Of a stretch of 40,000 bases of DNA, positions 23,930 to 33,867 are shown piece after piece. Numbering within the stretch: the stretch's first letter is position 1; every line of letters begins with the position of its first letter. The stretch covers positions 69,549-109,548 of the forward strand of contig NZ_DRFV01000016.1 in assembly GCF_011050365.1 (NCBI RefSeq), written 5' to 3'. Position numbers and translations under genes: made by a program. The notes below the pieces were generated by a model. That model did no database searches, was not told the DNA's origin, and saw only the letters and a program-made list of their open reading frames with translations. This stretch comes from Pseudohongiella sp. Its GTDB lineage: Bacteria > Pseudomonadota > Gammaproteobacteria > Pseudomonadales > Pseudohongiellaceae.

Positions 23930-24691
23930 TCAGCCTGGTTCGGCCGAAAACCGACGGCGGTACTTGCGGCTCAGTCTGGCTATGGCTATGCCGCCAATGG
24001 CACCTGGCGCGACCCAAAACACCACACCCAGACCGGCAAAGCTGCCACTTTCCAGTAAAGGCTGCAGCAGCCTGGCAGCGCCAAAAACAAAAAACGCGGT
24101 ATACACGCCAATGCCAGACCCGATAAGGGAGCCCAGGTGCTCTACCCACCACTCCCTGGGGTGAGCCAGTTCGGCCTTGAAGCTGTAACGCAAAAATCCA
24201 ATGGCCAGCCAGGTTTCCAGTGCGCCAAAAATCAGCATTAGTATATTGCCACTGCTACCGCCAATCACCAGCAATGTCAGGCCCGCGCCCAATAGCGCCA
24301 GACACAAGGCGACATGGGCCGGTCTGCGCAGAGCGCGGCGGTCGTCTTTGTGCCGTATCACCAACCAGCCGTGTCGGGTGGTCGCCAGCACGAGTATGCT
24401 GAGCGAGAGCAGAAATGTAGCCGAGGCGCGAATGCCGGCGCTGATGGCAGTCTGTGCCTCTGCTGTGGTGGACTGGGCGACCGGATGTGTGACCAGAGGG
24501 CGCCATAAATCGAATGAGGCCATTAGCACGCCGGACCAGCCAACCGTGTACATGACAATGGCAAATATCCGACCGAAACGTTTGTGATTGCGAGCGCCTT
24601 TTTTGCTGACCACAGGAATCCAGAACATGATCAGCGCGATGACGCCAACAACGATGTGCAGATACAGAGCGGATTGGTGTAACCAATACAT
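23930..24691 (-). CDS. Integral membrane protein (DUF2306-like)
   Basis: 253 aa with about 6-7 hydrophobic helices; the antisense ORFs in this interval look like shadows. Confidence 0.7.
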   Translation of the reverse strand: MYWLHQSALYLHIVVGVIALIMFWIPVVSKKGARNHKRFGRIFAIVMYTVGWSGVLMASFDLWRPLVTHPVAQSTTAEAQTAISAGIRASATFLLSLSILVLATTRHGWLVIRHKDDRRALRRPAHVALCLALLGAGLTLLVIGGSSGNILMLIFGALETWLAIGFLRYSFKAELAHPREWWVEHLGSLIGSGIGVYTAFFVFGAARLLQPLLESGSFAGLGVVFWVAPGAIGGIAIARLSRKYRRRFSAEPG

Positions 24692-24802
24692 GTGTCGGGC
24701 CTCTTCAGGTTATTTTTGAGTTTTCACAGACCTGATATTGCGCCGGATAACTGTGCCGCAACAGTGCCAAAAGACATCTTGAGGGGCATGACTTCTGACC
24801 TA

Positions 24803-24850
24803 GGGAACCTCTGAATGCCAGAGTCACCTTATACTTATTCTGAGGTTCCC
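24803..24850. promoter_or_regulatory. 14-bp inverted repeat (13/14 match) upstream of the response-regulator gene
   Basis: GGGAACCTCTGAAT (24803-24816) and ATTCTGAGGTTCCC (24837-24850), separated by 20 bp and ending ~85 bp upstream of the ATG at 24934. Confidence 0.4.
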
Positions 24851-24933
24851 TGGTGGTCGAATTTATCCTTGTGTCATACTGTGGCAAGACTGTTATTTAG
24901 TCAGTGGCGGGTGGGCCGCTGCCGGAGCCCGGA

Positions 24934-25578
24934 ATGAAAATACGTGTCATGTTGGCGGAAGACCAGAACCTGGTGCGTCTTGGCATTTGCAGCCTGCTGG
25001 AACTTAGCAGTGCTATCGACGTTGTGGGTCAGGTGGAAGATGGTAGTCAGGTGGTGGACGGTATCAGCCGATTCAAACCTGACGTTCTGCTTATCGATAT
25101 TCGCATGCCCAAAATGACCGGCATTGATGCGCTGCATGCCATGCGTGATACCGGTTGCATGGTGCCCAGCATCATCCTGACCACTTTTGATGACAGTCAG
25201 TTGGTCATGGAGGGCATCGCGGCAGGTGCCAGGGGCTACCTGCTGAAGGATGTGTCGCTGGACAGTCTGGTAGGTGCTATCGAGACCGTGCATGCCGGAG
25301 GCACCCTTATGCAGCCGGCGCTGACGGAAAGAATCCTGAAAGGCCTGTCCACCATGGAGCCGCGGTTTGACGACACCATCGCACCGGAGACACTCAGCGA
25401 CAAGGAAATCGAAGTATTGCGCTTGATGGCGGGAGGGTTCAGCAATCGTGAGATTTCCAATACCATCCACAAATCAGAAGGCACCATCAAGAATCAGGTG
25501 TCTTCCATTCTGGAAAAGCTGGGCGTGCGTGACCGCACCCAGGCCGTCTTGCGCGCGATCAACCTGGGTTTGCTGTAA
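24934..25578 (+). CDS. Response regulator, NarL/FixJ (LuxR-type HTH) family; no kinase gene adjacent
   Basis: REC domain (MKIRVMLAEDQNLVRLG...DVLLIDIRMP) followed by a LuxR HTH (LSDKEIEVLRLMAGGFSNREISNTIHKSEGTIKNQVSSIL). ATG at 24934 with GGAG upstream. Confidence 0.9.
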   Translation: MKIRVMLAEDQNLVRLGICSLLELSSAIDVVGQVEDGSQVVDGISRFKPDVLLIDIRMPKMTGIDALHAMRDTGCMVPSIILTTFDDSQLVMEGIAAGARGYLLKDVSLDSLVGAIETVHAGGTLMQPALTERILKGLSTMEPRFDDTIAPETLSDKEIEVLRLMAGGFSNREISNTIHKSEGTIKNQVSSILEKLGVRDRTQAVLRAINLGLL

Positions 25579-25599
25579 CCGGTTTTGCCGGCAGGAGGT

Positions 25600-27120
25600 T
25601 CAGGACAGTGACTTGAACGCTGCCAGGGCAGCTTCGCGTGAGGCCTTCAGGTCTACCACCGGGCTGGGGTAGTTTTCATCCAGACGAACGCCGGCACTGC
25701 GTAATACATCTGCGGGGGCGTCAAACGGCGCATGGATATGTTTGTCGGGCAGTGAGGCCAGTTCGGGCACATATTTCCGCAAGTAATCCCCTTCCTTGTC
25801 GAATTTCCGACTTTGCAGCACCGGGTTGAATACCCTGAAGTAAGGCGAAGCGTCTGCGCCGCAGCCTGCTATCCATTGCCAGCTGGCGCTGTTGCTGGAC
25901 AAGTCAGCGTCCACCAGGCAATCCCAGAACCAGGCCTCACCGTCATGCCAATGTAGCAGCAGATTTTTGACCAGATACGAGCCCACCACCATACGCACCC
26001 GATTGTGCATGTAACCCGTCTGCCACAACTCGCGCATGCCCGCATCCACCAAGGGCATACCGGTGTTGCCCTGTTGCCAGGCGCGCAGCCGGTCCGCATT
26101 TTTTTGCCAGGGGAAATTATTGAAGCGTTTCTGGATGGCGTTGTGAGGCAGGTCTGGGTTGTGATAGAGCAGGGAGTAGGAGAATTCACGCCAGCCGATC
26201 TCTGACAGAAAAGTATCCAGATCGTTCTCCAGGCCACCGGCGGTGCCTGCCGATTGTGCTTCGTGCCATACCTGGCGCGGCGAGATCTCGCCAAAATGCA
26301 GGTAAGGGGAGAGGCGAGACACCTTGGCCCGGGCCGGGAAATTGCGTCCTTCCTGATAACCTTGCAAGCCGGTGTCGAGGAAGTTTTGCAGCCTCTGCCA
26401 GGCGGCCTTTTCGCCGATCTGCCAGCTGGCTGCCATGGTTTTGTCCCAGGGGATCGAGGGTAGCAGGCCCAGTTTGTCGATGCCGGCCTGGCCCAGGCAG
26501 TTTTTGAGCCAGGAGGCTCCCTGTTTGGCGGTGGCATCGACAACCGTCTTCTTGAGTTGACGTGGCACCGACAGCGGCGTCCCCGGCGGCTGCGCTTTCA
26601 GGCAGCCCCGGCGATAAAAGGGTGTGAACACCCGATAGGGTGTGCCGTCGTCCTTGAGAATACGCCACGGCTCCCACAGCAGCGATCCATTGCTGCTGTA
26701 GACAACGGTGCCGTTGTCATTGAGTTGTTTCTTGAGCTGACTGTCGCGCTTGATGCGCCAGGGTTCATAGCAACGGTTCCAGTACACATCGTCAGCCTGC
26801 ACCGTTTGCACCAGCCGGGGTATCAACGTCAGGGGATCCCCCTGCAGTATCAGCAGATTGCCATTCAGGGAAGCAGACAGAGCGCTCAGGGAGTGGTGTA
26901 GCCACCAGCGACTGGCGCCGCCCATGGCCCACTCGCCACTATGCTTGTCATCAAGAATATATACAGGAATGACGGCGCCATTGTTGCAGGCTTCATATAG
27001 CGCCGGGTTGTCGGCCAGACGAAGGTCCTGACGAAACCAGACGATGTTGATGCGTGATGATGAAATAACACAATCCTCCGGGGGCCTGATTAGTTGAGTG
27101 TTGTACGCTATCGGGCCCAT
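25600..27120 (-). CDS. phrB: Deoxyribodipyrimidine photolyase
   Basis: NIVWFRQDLRLADNPAL at the N-terminus and the FAD-binding C-terminal half (WREFSY..., GYMHNRVRM, SWQW) are typical of class I CPD photolyase. The exact start is uncertain, with about 20 extra N-terminal residues relative to E. coli PhrB. Confidence 0.9.
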   Translation of the reverse strand: MGPIAYNTQLIRPPEDCVISSSRINIVWFRQDLRLADNPALYEACNNGAVIPVYILDDKHSGEWAMGGASRWWLHHSLSALSASLNGNLLILQGDPLTLIPRLVQTVQADDVYWNRCYEPWRIKRDSQLKKQLNDNGTVVYSSNGSLLWEPWRILKDDGTPYRVFTPFYRRGCLKAQPPGTPLSVPRQLKKTVVDATAKQGASWLKNCLGQAGIDKLGLLPSIPWDKTMAASWQIGEKAAWQRLQNFLDTGLQGYQEGRNFPARAKVSRLSPYLHFGEISPRQVWHEAQSAGTAGGLENDLDTFLSEIGWREFSYSLLYHNPDLPHNAIQKRFNNFPWQKNADRLRAWQQGNTGMPLVDAGMRELWQTGYMHNRVRMVVGSYLVKNLLLHWHDGEAWFWDCLVDADLSSNSASWQWIAGCGADASPYFRVFNPVLQSRKFDKEGDYLRKYVPELASLPDKHIHAPFDAPADVLRSAGVRLDENYPSPVVDLKASREAALAAFKSLS

Positions 27121-27268
27121 CAAGGATCATCGGGCGGGCAGGGAAAGAGCGACCGGCAAACCGGGCAACAAAATGCCAGCCTAATCTGCTATCTTGTGTT
27201 GGATCAACAGTTTGGCCGCAATGCCCGACGTCAAAATCACTTTGCAACAATTAGCGCGGATAATCAAT

Positions 27269-27691
27269 ATGGACACTGTTATTTTCTGGTATGCGTTGGC
27301 AACGGTCATGTTGTTTCTGAAAATGGTGGCGATCTCGGTTTTTCAGGGCCAGCAACGGTTCAAATTCAAATCCTACAAGGCGCCGGAGGATGCCCGGGCG
27401 GTTGGTGTGGCGCCGGCGGCCGATGAGCTCCCGCAAGTACAGCGCGCAGCGCGAGCGTGGCTCAATGATCTGGAAAATATTCCGGCGTTCTGGGCACTGG
27501 GGTGGGTTTACATCGTCGTGGACGCATCCCCGCTTGTCGGGCCCTGGCTATTCATGATCTTCACCGGCGCGCGGATCGTTCATACCTGGTGTCATATCAA
27601 CGCCCTGCAGCCCTGGCGGGCACTGGCGTTCTTCGCCGGACTGCTTATGTTGCTGGTAATGAGCGTGATGATTCTGATGGCCATTTTATGA
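27269..27691 (+). CDS. MAPEG-family membrane protein (MGST-like)
   Basis: NDLENIPAF motif and 3-4 TM helices. I prefer the start at ATG 27269 (MDTVIFWYALATV) over the longer track ORF. Confidence 0.75.
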   Translation: MDTVIFWYALATVMLFLKMVAISVFQGQQRFKFKSYKAPEDARAVGVAPAADELPQVQRAARAWLNDLENIPAFWALGWVYIVVDASPLVGPWLFMIFTGARIVHTWCHINALQPWRALAFFAGLLMLLVMSVMILMAIL

Positions 27692-27725
27692 GCTGCCATT
27701 CTATAGGCTGGCTGGGAGGCTGACG

Positions 27726-28562
27726 ATGGCTGGTAGTGAGGTCAGAAGCACGCTGAGACAACGGCTGTATCGTCAGCTCTATGCCGGGGCCTGGGAAGGT
27801 GACGGCATGTCACCGGTTAACAGGCTGGTCTGTTTTCTGGTGCTGATTGCCGCCAGCGTCGCGGTGCTCGACACCGAAGTGACTCTGCGTGACCGGTTTG
27901 CCGATATATTTTTTGCCATTGAGCTGATTCTGTTTGTTTTCTTTTTGGTCGAATACATCGCCCGTGTCTATGCGTCCGGTGAAGACCCTCAATATCGCGG
28001 ATTTGTCGGCCGACTGAAATATATTGTCAGTTTTTGGGCTCTGGTAGATCTGTTGGCATTGATTCCGTTCCTGGTGACTCTGGGCGTCAGTGATGCGTTT
28101 GTGCTGCGCTTGATGCGCCTGCTCAGGCTACTGCGACTGGCCAGACTGGGGCGCTTCAGCGATGCCATAGACGCCGTGCTTTCAGCAGTGGGTGAGCGGC
28201 GTTACGAATTGATGCTGAGTTTGCTGGCGGCTATGTTTCTGTTGGTGGGCTCATCATCGGTGCTGTACCTGGTAGAAGCAGACGCCCAGCCGGAAACATT
28301 TGGCAGCATTCCCAGGGCACTGTGGTGGAGTGTGGCGACGCTGACCACGGTTGGCTACGGAGACGTGACGCCAATCACGGCGTTGGGGAAAATCTGTGCT
28401 GGTGTCACGGCTATAGCCGGCATTGGCCTGATTGCCATGCCAACGGGTGTTTTGGCCGCCGCCTTCAGCGATGCCTTGCAGCGCAAACGGGCCGGCGCAA
28501 AACCAATCCGTGACCTGACGATAGATGAAACACGTGACCAGGAAGAGAAAGATTATGACTAG
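27726..28562 (+). CDS. Voltage-gated-type potassium channel
   Basis: S4-like arginine repeat (LRLMRLLRLLRLARLGR) and the K+ selectivity filter TTVGYGD. SD GGGAGG lies 6 nt upstream. Confidence 0.85.
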   Translation: MAGSEVRSTLRQRLYRQLYAGAWEGDGMSPVNRLVCFLVLIAASVAVLDTEVTLRDRFADIFFAIELILFVFFLVEYIARVYASGEDPQYRGFVGRLKYIVSFWALVDLLALIPFLVTLGVSDAFVLRLMRLLRLLRLARLGRFSDAIDAVLSAVGERRYELMLSLLAAMFLLVGSSSVLYLVEADAQPETFGSIPRALWWSVATLTTVGYGDVTPITALGKICAGVTAIAGIGLIAMPTGVLAAAFSDALQRKRAGAKPIRDLTIDETRDQEEKDYD

Positions 28563-29532
28563 TACGACCTCTGAGCCGACGCCAACAGCGCGCTCAACAA
28601 TTCCGGTGGTGAATATTGTTTCACCGCGCTATGAGGACAGCTGGACCCACACCCGGGCCGGGGACCCGCGCGGTTTTATTGATGCCCATCAGCTCAGGGA
28701 ATTGTGGATTCATACCGGCACCGCCTGCAATCTGTCCTGTCCGTTTTGCCTGGAGGGTTCGAAGCCGGGTGACACACGTATTCCGGCGATGACACTTGAC
28801 GAACTCAAACCCTTTATCCATGAAGCGGTAGACATGGGAGTCGAACAATTTTCTTTTACCGGCGGTGAGCCTTTTGTCATCCGCGACTTTGTCAATATTC
28901 TGGATTACGCCAGCCGACACAAACCATGTTTTGTGTTGACCAATGGCACGCGGGTTTTGATGCAGCGTGGTCATCAGATTTTACCGTTGCTGGATAATCC
29001 GTTTCCGGTCAGTTTCCGCATCAGTCTGGATTACCCCGACGTGGCGCGCCATGATGCGGGGCGGGGCGAAGGCAGCTTTGCCGAGTCCTTGCAGGGTATC
29101 CGCTGGTTGCATGAGCAGGGCTTCAGGGTGTCGGTGGCGCGGCAGATGGAGGCCGATGAAGACAGTGAAGCAATTGAGACGCAATACCGGGAGGTTTTTC
29201 GCCAGCACGGTATTCCGCAAGCGGTCGCCTTCACTGCCTTTCCCGACTTTGGGGTGCCGGGCACTGAGGACGGCAGTCCGGAAGTGACAGAGAACTGCAT
29301 GGAGAAATACCCGACTACGCAGAGCCGGGAGCATTTTATGTGTACACATACCCGAATGCTGATCAACACAGAGCGGGGCGTGCGGGTTTATGCTTGCACA
29401 CTGGTGGATGACGATCCGGACTATGACCTGGGGGCCACCCTGGCGGAAAGTATGGAAACGCGCATCATGCTGCGACATCACCGCTGTTTCAGTTGTTACA
29501 GGTTTGGCGCCAGTTGCAGCGCTCCGGTTTAG
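28555..29532 (+). CDS. Radical SAM enzyme with C-terminal Cys-rich tail
   Basis: CNLSCPFCLEG (CxxxCxxC) plus C-terminal cysteines (HHRCFSCYRFGASCS). The ATG at 28555 overlaps the channel gene stop by 8 nt. Confidence 0.8.
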   Translation: MTSTTSEPTPTARSTIPVVNIVSPRYEDSWTHTRAGDPRGFIDAHQLRELWIHTGTACNLSCPFCLEGSKPGDTRIPAMTLDELKPFIHEAVDMGVEQFSFTGGEPFVIRDFVNILDYASRHKPCFVLTNGTRVLMQRGHQILPLLDNPFPVSFRISLDYPDVARHDAGRGEGSFAESLQGIRWLHEQGFRVSVARQMEADEDSEAIETQYREVFRQHGIPQAVAFTAFPDFGVPGTEDGSPEVTENCMEKYPTTQSREHFMCTHTRMLINTERGVRVYACTLVDDDPDYDLGATLAESMETRIMLRHHRCFSCYRFGASCSAPV

Positions 29533-29666
29533 GACAAACACCAGGCACGATGTGGTCAGGGATTATGACGGTAAATAACTGTAACGTTCCGCTGAGTTAC
29601 AAACCTCGACTTGTTGTGACCTCAGTAATGCTGACCGGGATGCAGCGCCCTGCTGCTGCCTGCGGC

Positions 29667-30452
29667 TCAACCGATGGCCGTACCTTCGAAGAAACGCCGC
29701 GTGGCTTCGTCGGCCGGGAAATAGCTTTCGATCATCAGTTCCTGAAGACCGGCATCCAATGCGGTGCCAAAACTGCTCAGGGTGGAGAACACGTTCAGCG
29801 ACTGGCCATGTATCTGTAGGTGAGATGTCAGCATCGGGCCCTCCCATGAATCAGGTGACGGTGTCTGCCAGTCCCGCGGCGGATCCATGCTGAGCAGTCT
29901 GTCCATCAGTTTCGCCAGACCGGCAGTAGGCTGGGTGCTCAGTTGCAGACGCAGGCGGCGCAATAGCAAAGAGGCCACGGTATCCCAGTTGGTCAGGTAG
30001 GGCCGTAGCCCCTGATGATGAAACAGAAGCACCAGCATATTCTCTGATTGAAGCAGGCGTTCCTTAGGCATCAAGGCAAGCATCATGTCCTGCATGGCCT
30101 GGTTGCTCATAAGCAGATTCCATTCAATGTCGAGCACAGCTGCCGGGTAGGGGTTGTGTTTATCCAGCATGATTTGCAAGGCTTCGCGCACCGGCAGCAT
30201 GGCACTGTCATCCAACGACATATCGGAAAACACGGGGGAATAACCAAAGGCGTTCATCAGCCGGTTGCAGTCGCGATGGCTCAGCCCCATTACCTCTGAT
30301 AATCTGAGCAACATATCCCGGCTGGGCTGGGCACGGCCGGTTTCAATAAAACTGATGTGGCGCGCCGAGACCTCGGCCTGCAGGCCAAGGTCAAGTTGCG
30401 ACAGGCGTCTGGCGCGCCTTATTTCCGTAAGAACGTGACCGGTTGCTGGCAT
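29667..30452 (-). CDS. XRE-family transcriptional regulator, MmyB-like
   Basis: The N-terminal HTH (LTEIRRARRLSQLDLGLQAEVSARHISFIETGRAQPS) plus a ~180-aa C-terminal ligand-binding-type domain is typical of MmyB-like regulators. Confidence 0.8.
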   Translation of the reverse strand: MPATGHVLTEIRRARRLSQLDLGLQAEVSARHISFIETGRAQPSRDMLLRLSEVMGLSHRDCNRLMNAFGYSPVFSDMSLDDSAMLPVREALQIMLDKHNPYPAAVLDIEWNLLMSNQAMQDMMLALMPKERLLQSENMLVLLFHHQGLRPYLTNWDTVASLLLRRLRLQLSTQPTAGLAKLMDRLLSMDPPRDWQTPSPDSWEGPMLTSHLQIHGQSLNVFSTLSSFGTALDAGLQELMIESYFPADEATRRFFEGTAIG

Positions 30453-30616
30453 GGATGCTGTTCCTTCTCAACGAAAACGCTGATTCTTGCGCAATTGTGG
30501 CAGCAAAACCATTACTTCCGAGGTAATTGAGTCACATAACTATGGGTTAGATGATGCATCCTGAGCTGACCCGGTCGGGTTGGCATCGACTCAATAATCT
30601 ATGCAGGAGCTCTGTC

Positions 30617-31027
30617 ATGAAAATTCCGGGATTAACTACAACCTTGCTTGTTAACGTCATCTGTTCCGCCATCGCCGGTACTGTGTTGATCGTATTGCCT
30701 GCGACCATGGCTGGCATCATGGGTGATGTGCCAGCCTGGCTTTGCCAACTGGTCGGCGCCGGACTTGTGCTGTTTGCGGTGTGGGTCTACTGGATATACC
30801 GGGGGCTGCCCGACGCACGCACCGGGGTCGCCTGGGTGTTTGCCCTGGACATGGTGTGGGTGGTTGGTGTGCCCGTCGTCATGGTTGCGTTCGCCAGTCA
30901 CCTGACGCTTTGGGGGCATCTGTTGCTGGGCGGTTCGGCGCTGTTGGTGGCGGATTTTGCCTGGCTGGAATGGTACTGGTTCAAGCGTATGCCTGGCACC
31001 AGCCAATTAAAAGCGGGAACAGCATAA
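30617..31027 (+). CDS. Small 4-TM membrane protein
   Basis: ATG at 30617 with SD CAGGAG at 7 nt spacing; hydrophobic throughout. It is divergent from the MmyB-like regulator. Confidence 0.6.
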   Translation: MKIPGLTTTLLVNVICSAIAGTVLIVLPATMAGIMGDVPAWLCQLVGAGLVLFAVWVYWIYRGLPDARTGVAWVFALDMVWVVGVPVVMVAFASHLTLWGHLLLGGSALLVADFAWLEWYWFKRMPGTSQLKAGTA

Positions 31028-31038
31028 CCGCCGGTTCG

Positions 31039-31551
31039 TTACTTATTAACGACCAGTCGGTTGTTATTGTCGCGGCTGCGCTTGATCGCCTCTTCGCTGT
31101 TGATGTCCTGCGTTGATTTGCACAGCCGGTCATACAGTACCACGTTGACGGATGCCGCCAGATTCATGCAGCCGATAGTTGGCACAAAGACAACATGGTC
31201 GGCGGCGTCTATGATCGCCTGCGGTAATGATCCATCTTCGGGGCCAAATAGGTAGATGGCTTGTTCAGGGTGTCGAAACTGCGGCAACAGGGTGGCCCCC
31301 TCGGCAAATTCGACACAGACCAGCTGTGTATCGCCGGTCAGGTCAGCCAGCAAGTCCGTGACATGGATCAACGGTATTTTTGACGTGACATTTTTGGTAT
31401 CGGTCTGATACTTCACTGCGCGCGAAAAGCGTTCGCCCGTGTAGCGCACCGCACTGGCCTGATAACAGCCGGCGGCACGCATGATTGAGCCGACATTTTC
31501 AGGACTTTTGGGGTTGTGCAAACCAATGACGATTGTTTGGCCAGGCTTCAT
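31039..31551 (-). CDS. SpoU/TrmH-family RNA 2'-O-methyltransferase
   Basis: 170 aa; motifs NPENVGSIMRAAG and LFGPEDGSLP...VFVPTIGCMNLAASV are typical of SPOUT methyltransferases. Confidence 0.8.
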   Translation of the reverse strand: MKPGQTIVIGLHNPKSPENVGSIMRAAGCYQASAVRYTGERFSRAVKYQTDTKNVTSKIPLIHVTDLLADLTGDTQLVCVEFAEGATLLPQFRHPEQAIYLFGPEDGSLPQAIIDAADHVVFVPTIGCMNLAASVNVVLYDRLCKSTQDINSEEAIKRSRDNNNRLVVNK

Positions 31552-31584
31552 GATTGTTTAAATGTGGTTTCGGTTAGCAGCGCA

Positions 31585-32406
31585 TCAGTCATCCCGGAAC
31601 TCCGGCGAGCGCTTCTCAAAATAGGCCATGACCGCTTCATTCTGATTAGCGGAGCCGATCAGTTGGTGGATTTCCTCGCGCTCGGCGGCGAATTGTTCGG
31701 CAGCCTCAGCCCTGAGTTTACGCGTCAGCAGTCGTTTGGCGGCGCGCACAGCGTCAGGGCTGCGGCTGGCAATCTCGGTGGCCAGGGTTTGCGCCGCCAC
31801 CAGTGGATCTTCGGATAATTGGGTAACCAGCCCCAATGCGTGACCCTCGTCTGCTTTCAGAATTTTTGCAGTGTAAACCAGCTTTCGCGCAACGTCCGGC
31901 CGAACCAGGTGCGACAGCATCAGGGTGCCGGTCATGTCCGGAATCAGGCCCCAGAAAACTTCGCGCACGGACAACTGCGTATCGGGGTGGGCAATTCGAA
32001 TGTCAGCACATAGCGCTATCTGCATGCCGCCGCCCAGTGCGTGGCCCTGCAGGGCGGCAATCACCGGCACCGGAATTTCCTGCCAGACCCAGCACACCTG
32101 TTGAGCCAGGTGAGTGATGGCATCGTCGCCGACCATGGTGCCGATAGTGGAGGTTTTGCCATCCCGCTGTGACATGCCTTTGAACGATCCGAAGTCCAGC
32201 CCCGCACAAAAGGATTCGCCGGCGCCGGACAGCACCACCGCGCGTAGGCCCGGCAAAGTCTTGAGTGCTTCCCCGGCGGCAGCGAGTGATGTGAACAGTG
32301 CATCGTCCAGCGCATTGCGCTTGTCCGCCCGGTTCAGACGTACATCGGCAATGCCCCCGTGCACGTTGACGGTGACCCGGTTGTCTGTGATTCCCTGAAT
32401 ATCCAT
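31585..32406 (-). CDS. Enoyl-CoA hydratase/isomerase (crotonase) family protein
   Basis: Crotonase fold signatures: RADKRNALD, SGAGESFCAGLD, ALQGHALGGGMQIALCADIRIA. Confidence 0.85.
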   Translation of the reverse strand: MDIQGITDNRVTVNVHGGIADVRLNRADKRNALDDALFTSLAAAGEALKTLPGLRAVVLSGAGESFCAGLDFGSFKGMSQRDGKTSTIGTMVGDDAITHLAQQVCWVWQEIPVPVIAALQGHALGGGMQIALCADIRIAHPDTQLSVREVFWGLIPDMTGTLMLSHLVRPDVARKLVYTAKILKADEGHALGLVTQLSEDPLVAAQTLATEIASRSPDAVRAAKRLLTRKLRAEAAEQFAAEREEIHQLIGSANQNEAVMAYFEKRSPEFRDD

Positions 32407-32424
32407 GGCGTCTCCCGGGTGCGT

Positions 32425-33054
32425 TCAGCGCATTCTTGCGTAAATGAAAATATCGATTGTATCGGGCTCGCCGTCGTTACTGACGGTTTTGCGATCCAGA
32501 TCAATCACCTCGAATCCGGTTGCTTCGAGAGTTTCGATGACAAGTTCCGGGTCATGATAATAGGTGCAGACCCAGTCTACGTCATTCCGGGTTTGCAGTC
32601 CCGATGCAGTATAGTCACCCGCCATGAAGCTGATATAAAAAACCCCGTCAGCATTCAGTCTGTTTCGTGCGTCAGAGATGAAGGCCCTGACTTCTCTCCG
32701 GCTCAGGTAGGGGAAACAAAAGCCGGCGACTATTGCGTCATAGTGTTGGTGCAGCGTAGAGATCTTCCTGCAGTCCATCACGTCAAAGGTGGCTGCGGGG
32801 TTGTTCAGCCGGGCGCGGGCCACCATCTTTGCGGACAAATCAATGCCGTGAAGCTTCCGATCGGGAAACCCCTGCAACAGGAAACTGGCAATGTTGCCGG
32901 GACCACAGGCTGCATCCAGAATCACAGCGTCAGCGCTCAGCAGTTCAGACAATAGCCTGTAGGTCTCCACGTAAGGCGCGTGGTTCATGTACCTGCTTTC
33001 GTATTCAACAGCGTACTTGTCGAACGTGTTGATGGTTTCTTTGACAGGATCCAC
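32425..33054 (-). CDS. Class I SAM-dependent methyltransferase
   Basis: Motif I ILDAACGPGNIA, and a ~210-aa size. Confidence 0.8.
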   Translation of the reverse strand: MDPVKETINTFDKYAVEYESRYMNHAPYVETYRLLSELLSADAVILDAACGPGNIASFLLQGFPDRKLHGIDLSAKMVARARLNNPAATFDVMDCRKISTLHQHYDAIVAGFCFPYLSRREVRAFISDARNRLNADGVFYISFMAGDYTASGLQTRNDVDWVCTYYHDPELVIETLEATGFEVIDLDRKTVSNDGEPDTIDIFIYARMR

Positions 33055-33102
33055 GTTATTGTCTCAGTTTCACCGCCGCAGCGGCATCAGAGTTTCAGCG
33101 CA

Positions 33103-33648
33103 CTATGCGTCTGCTGGCAGGTCCTGCAGCAGTCCGGCCATGTCATCGGCATGTTCTTCTTCCTGCGCCAGGATATCTTCCAGGATGCGTCGTGACGTGG
33201 GGTCCTGGTCTCCCAGGTAGACGATGACTTCCCGGTAGCTATCAATGGCAATACGTTCCGCGATCAGATCCTCTTTGATCATTTCTCTGAGAGTGTCGCC
33301 TTCGATGAATTCTGCATGGGAGCGGCTCAACAGCCCCTCGGGTGAAAAATTCGGTTTGCCGCCAAGTTGCACTATGCGCTCGGCCAGCCAGTCGGCATGC
33401 TGCTGCTCCTGATTGGCATGCTCCAGAAATTCCGCAGCCGCCACGTTGGCATTGATGCCGTCGGCACGAAAATAATGGCTCTTGTAGCGCAGCGTACAGA
33501 CGATCTCGGTGGCCAGCGCCTCATTGAGGATCTTGATGACGTTCTCCCTGTTGGCCCTGTAGCCTTCGGTCACAGCGCCATCCTCTATATGTTTGCGCGC
33601 ACGTTCGCGCAGGGTTTTAACATCGGTCAGAAATGGTTTGTCAGTCAC
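33103..33648 (-). CDS. Ferritin-like protein (bacterioferritin/Dps superfamily)
   Basis: Di-iron ligand pattern (EIVCTLRY...E..H...H; EEEH). I prefer the GTG start at 33648, preceded by ACGGAGG at 6 nt spacing, over the longer track ORF. Confidence 0.8.
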   Translation of the reverse strand: MTDKPFLTDVKTLRERARKHIEDGAVTEGYRANRENVIKILNEALATEIVCTLRYKSHYFRADGINANVAAAEFLEHANQEQQHADWLAERIVQLGGKPNFSPEGLLSRSHAEFIEGDTLREMIKEDLIAERIAIDSYREVIVYLGDQDPTSRRILEDILAQEEEHADDMAGLLQDLPADA

Positions 33649-33867
33649 TATAAGCCTCCGTTTACATCTCAAGGGTTCAGGCATTCGTACACCTGTGGTA
33701 TCCCTCTACTATGGCGCAAGGCGGTCGGTTTTTCCACCCCGTCTGTTTGCCGGCTTCCGTTGCGGAGCCACCCTCAGCCTACAGTCTACATGAACGATTT
33801 CTTGCAGATTCTCCGTATTTTCGCGAGGATGGCAGCTCATAGGTATAACAACAATGACAGGCTGGTT

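Noticed and set aside
24901-25490. Minus-strand ORFs 24901..25470 and 25236..25490
   Set aside because: They are antisense to the well-supported NarL-type response-regulator gene and have His/Gln-rich, non-protein-like sequence.
33367-33867. N-terminal 167 aa of the 425-aa track ORF 33367..34644
   Set aside because: This part is antisense to the ferritin-like gene and has no SDR features. The SDR domain begins at the ATG at 33868 (MDKGLFDLSGKVALITGG).
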